A stretch of DNA of 21,817 nt from Thraustochytrium aureum (Eukaryota). The notes under the pieces were generated by a model. The model ran no database searches. It had not been told where the DNA came from and was given only the letters and a program-made list of their open reading frames with translations. The stretch spans positions 122,880 to 144,696 of the forward strand of contig BLSG01000059.1 in assembly GCA_012862495.1 (NCBI GenBank), written 5' to 3'. Positions within the stretch are counted from its first letter, which is position 1, and each line of letters begins with the position of its first letter. Shown here one piece after another: positions 19,560 through 21,817 of the stretch. The translations under genes were made by a program, and so were the position numbers.

Positions 19560-21434
19560 NNNNNNNNNNNNNNNNNNNNNNNNNNNNNNNNNNNNNNNNN
19601 NNNNNNNNNNNNNNNNNNNNNNNNNNNNNNNNNNNNNNNNNNNNNNNNNNNNNNNNNNNNNNNNNNNNNNNNNNNNNNNNNNNNNNNNNNNNNNNNNNNN
19701 NNNNNNNNNNNNNNNNNNNNNNNNNNNNNNNNNNCAGGACATCTTTTTTTTTCTCTCCCCCAAATCGGAGTCCCAACGCTTGCAATTGCGCACGCTGCTC
19801 TCAAAAGCATTCCTGCCACAGGCGCCTCTACTCGTTTGCGAGCTGTTCAGAACAGTAGTCCGAGACGCGAAAGCCGAGTCGGGAATGCAGCGAGGACAGG
19901 AGTCGGAAAGCAGGAAGCCTTCGTGTCGGATCAACGGGTCCTAACCTATTCCTTTCGAAAGGCTCAGCTTCGCCGTTACGCTCATCCATTTGAGGTCGCT
20001 TTTAGCGCAGCGTGGTAACACCGCAAATACATGGAGTAGATCATTGGAGGTCGCGCGCTACACTCGATCCTCTGGGTTGAAAGAAATGGCTTCCTTGCTG
20101 GAGGTGGTCCCACACAATGAGTATCTCCGCAGTCGCTCGTACGTGTCGGCCGTCGGGAGTGCGTCAGCCGAGCGACCGCCAGTGCCCGGCTGGAGCGGTT
20201 GCTTGAGCGGTTGGTCCTGAACGTTTGATGGTTTTTCAAGCTGCCGCAGTGTGAATCGTGGCCAAAATGGAGGAAAGGACACAGCGAATCCAACGGCTCT
20301 TCTTCGCCTTGCGCCACTCAGCGAAAATACGTTTTGGCCCGGCCGCCACGTCCGAATACGGGGCCGATAAGACGGAGGCCCGCGCTTGGGCGGCGTGCGT
20401 GCTTTCTTTGCAGGGACTTTGTTTTCAACCAAGAAGTTGAAGCACGTGGGTTGCTAAACCGGCCGTCATTCGCTTGCTGTTGGTCGCTGTGAGAAAGCTT
20501 CACATTTGCGCTTCCGCGCAAAACCTTACACCGGCAAGCGATGCGCGCTCAACCAAGTCGCTCCGTTCCCCGATTCGCATGTGCACTGACCGTCGCGCGT
20601 TCTGGCTCTTTATATTGCGCAAGAAGCGAGCTAGTCGTTGGGTGGAGGCTTGAGTCGCTCAAGGTGCGTGGCACTCGCCCGATTGTCGGCAGTTGGCATC
20701 GTCTCAGCAGAGCGAAGCTCTAAGCGCTCAGATCGACAAGGTCAGCGTGCCCAATGCTTCGATCGGCGGCGATCGGAAATCGCGGATTCGCGGTTTTTAA
20801 AACCGCCTCAAGGTCTCAAGCCGGTTACAGTAAACCTCGCCTCTCTCGCAGGTCCATGCACTGAGAAGCGTTTCATCCACTTTGGTGCATGTTCGCGAGG
20901 ACCACAAGAAAGAAGTTCTCAACGGTAATGCCTACTCAATCGCGAGCGAAATGCCCACCCCTTGCGAAACTGCGGAGTGGCCCGGCCGCTCGTTCATGCG
21001 TCCTGGCCACTATTTTTGGATTTGTCGGTTTGAGCCAAGGTGGCACACGCACTGAGTTCGTGCTCTTCGCCATCTTGATTGGGATGCCAACGGCTAGCGG
21101 ACCTTTGATTCTTGCACTTTTTTTCGTTTTGATTGAGTACGCGATCGAAGGAAGGCAAGAGCTGCTGAACAACCAGCTTGTCAGGATAGGCTTGCACCAG
21201 GGACGAAGCGGTTGGCCTCGAGTACTCACAGCGAGGCAACGTCCGAGCAGGCAAAGTAAGCCGCCAAGCTTGCCGTGCAAAAGGCAAACCCGCTCGGGCC
21301 TCCAGACCAAGCCAGTCACCAAACCGAACGCAGACAAAACACACAGGCTCTCTGTCCACCAGCGAGGCTGCAGACATCCCGACTCCACGCGAAGCGCGAT
21401 CAACCAGGGCGTGAGTTGGCAAGCGGACGACACC

Positions 21435-21817
21435 ATGCGCATTTCTGCCATCGTGATCGCCTTCGCGATCGCCTCGGCTCCGACTTGCGCCTTTGGAGAG
21501 GTTACGAATGCACCAACCACTGATGCGCCAACCACTGGCGCTCCAACTGTGTCGACTGGCGCTCCAACCATCTCGACTGGCGCCCCGACCGTCCCAACTG
21601 ACGCACCGAGTGCTCTGCCGACAAATGCCCCAACCGTCTTAACTGATGCCCCGACCATCTCGACTGGCGCCCCAACCATCTCGACTGACGCGCCAAGTGC
21701 TCCGCCGACTGGCGCCCCGAGTGCCCCGCCGACTGACGCCCCAAGTGCTCCGCCGACTGGCGCACCGAGTGCTCCGCCGACTGGCGCCCCGAGTGCTCCG
21801 TCGACTGACGCACCGAG
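21435..21817 (+). CDS. Secreted/cell-surface mucin-like Thr/Pro/Ser repeat protein, partial (runs off the right edge)
   Basis: CACCATG start; MRISAIVIAFAIASAPTCAFG is a signal-peptide-like hydrophobic leader, followed by T-[GDN]-A-P-[TS] repeats with synonymous third-position variation. There is no stop before the window end, which is why the ORF track lacks it. Confidence 0.85.
   Translation, partial: MRISAIVIAFAIASAPTCAFGEVTNAPTTDAPTTGAPTVSTGAPTISTGAPTVPTDAPSALPTNAPTVLTDAPTISTGAPTISTDAPSAPPTGAPSAPPTDAPSAPPTGAPSAPPTGAPSAPSTDAP
21504..21817 (+). repeat. Coding minisatellite: 14 full units plus 1 partial, of 15, 21 and 24 bp
   Basis: Unit lengths in aa: 5,5,7,7,7,8,7,7,7,8,8,8,8,8 (e.g. TGAPTIS, TGAPSAPP). 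Confidence 0.93.

Noticed and set aside
19994..20075. tRNA or Pol III element (A-box-like TAGCGCAGCGTGGTA)
   Set aside because: No cloverleaf pairing, and the only B-box candidate (ACTCGATCC) lacks GTTC. A tRNAscan-SE hit would overturn this.
20936..21813. Minus-strand ORFs with VGA.V and RQSAEH repeats
   Set aside because: Antisense readings of the plus-strand T-x-A-P repeat gene, which has the signal peptide and the synonymous-variation pattern.

Overview
GC-rich, gene-dense, intron-poor eukaryotic DNA from a gapped draft scaffold (N gaps at 8031-8526, 11800-11979, 14178-14277 and 19560-19734). By inference the source is a flagellated stramenopile such as a thraustochytrid/labyrinthulomycete. 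Left to right: a partial spliced minus-strand hypothetical gene; an uncertain plus-strand hypothetical gene; an LRRCC1/VFL1-like centriolar LRR + coiled-coil protein; ERCC8/CSA, whose true N-terminus lies in another frame; guanylate kinase; a RibD-C/Rib7-like reductase whose middle is in a gap; an ~8 kb minus-strand gene for an ~2,680-aa coiled-coil protein with several embedded small domains and a C-terminal CHORD-like zinc finger; a repeat-rich divergent intergenic region; an alphaproteobacterial/Methanosarcina-type phosphoserine aminotransferase with a mitochondrial-type presequence; and the start of a secreted T-x-A-P-[TS] mucin-like repeat protein that the ORF track misses. Five single-base frameshifts all look like homopolymer-length miscalls, so they are most likely sequencing errors rather than recoding. 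I see no CRISPR array, rRNA, convincing tRNA or mobile element, and I cannot support a claim of a new multi-gene system. The best novelty candidates are the giant multi-domain protein, the EF-hand-like insert in LRRCC1 and the guanylate kinase/RibD junction.
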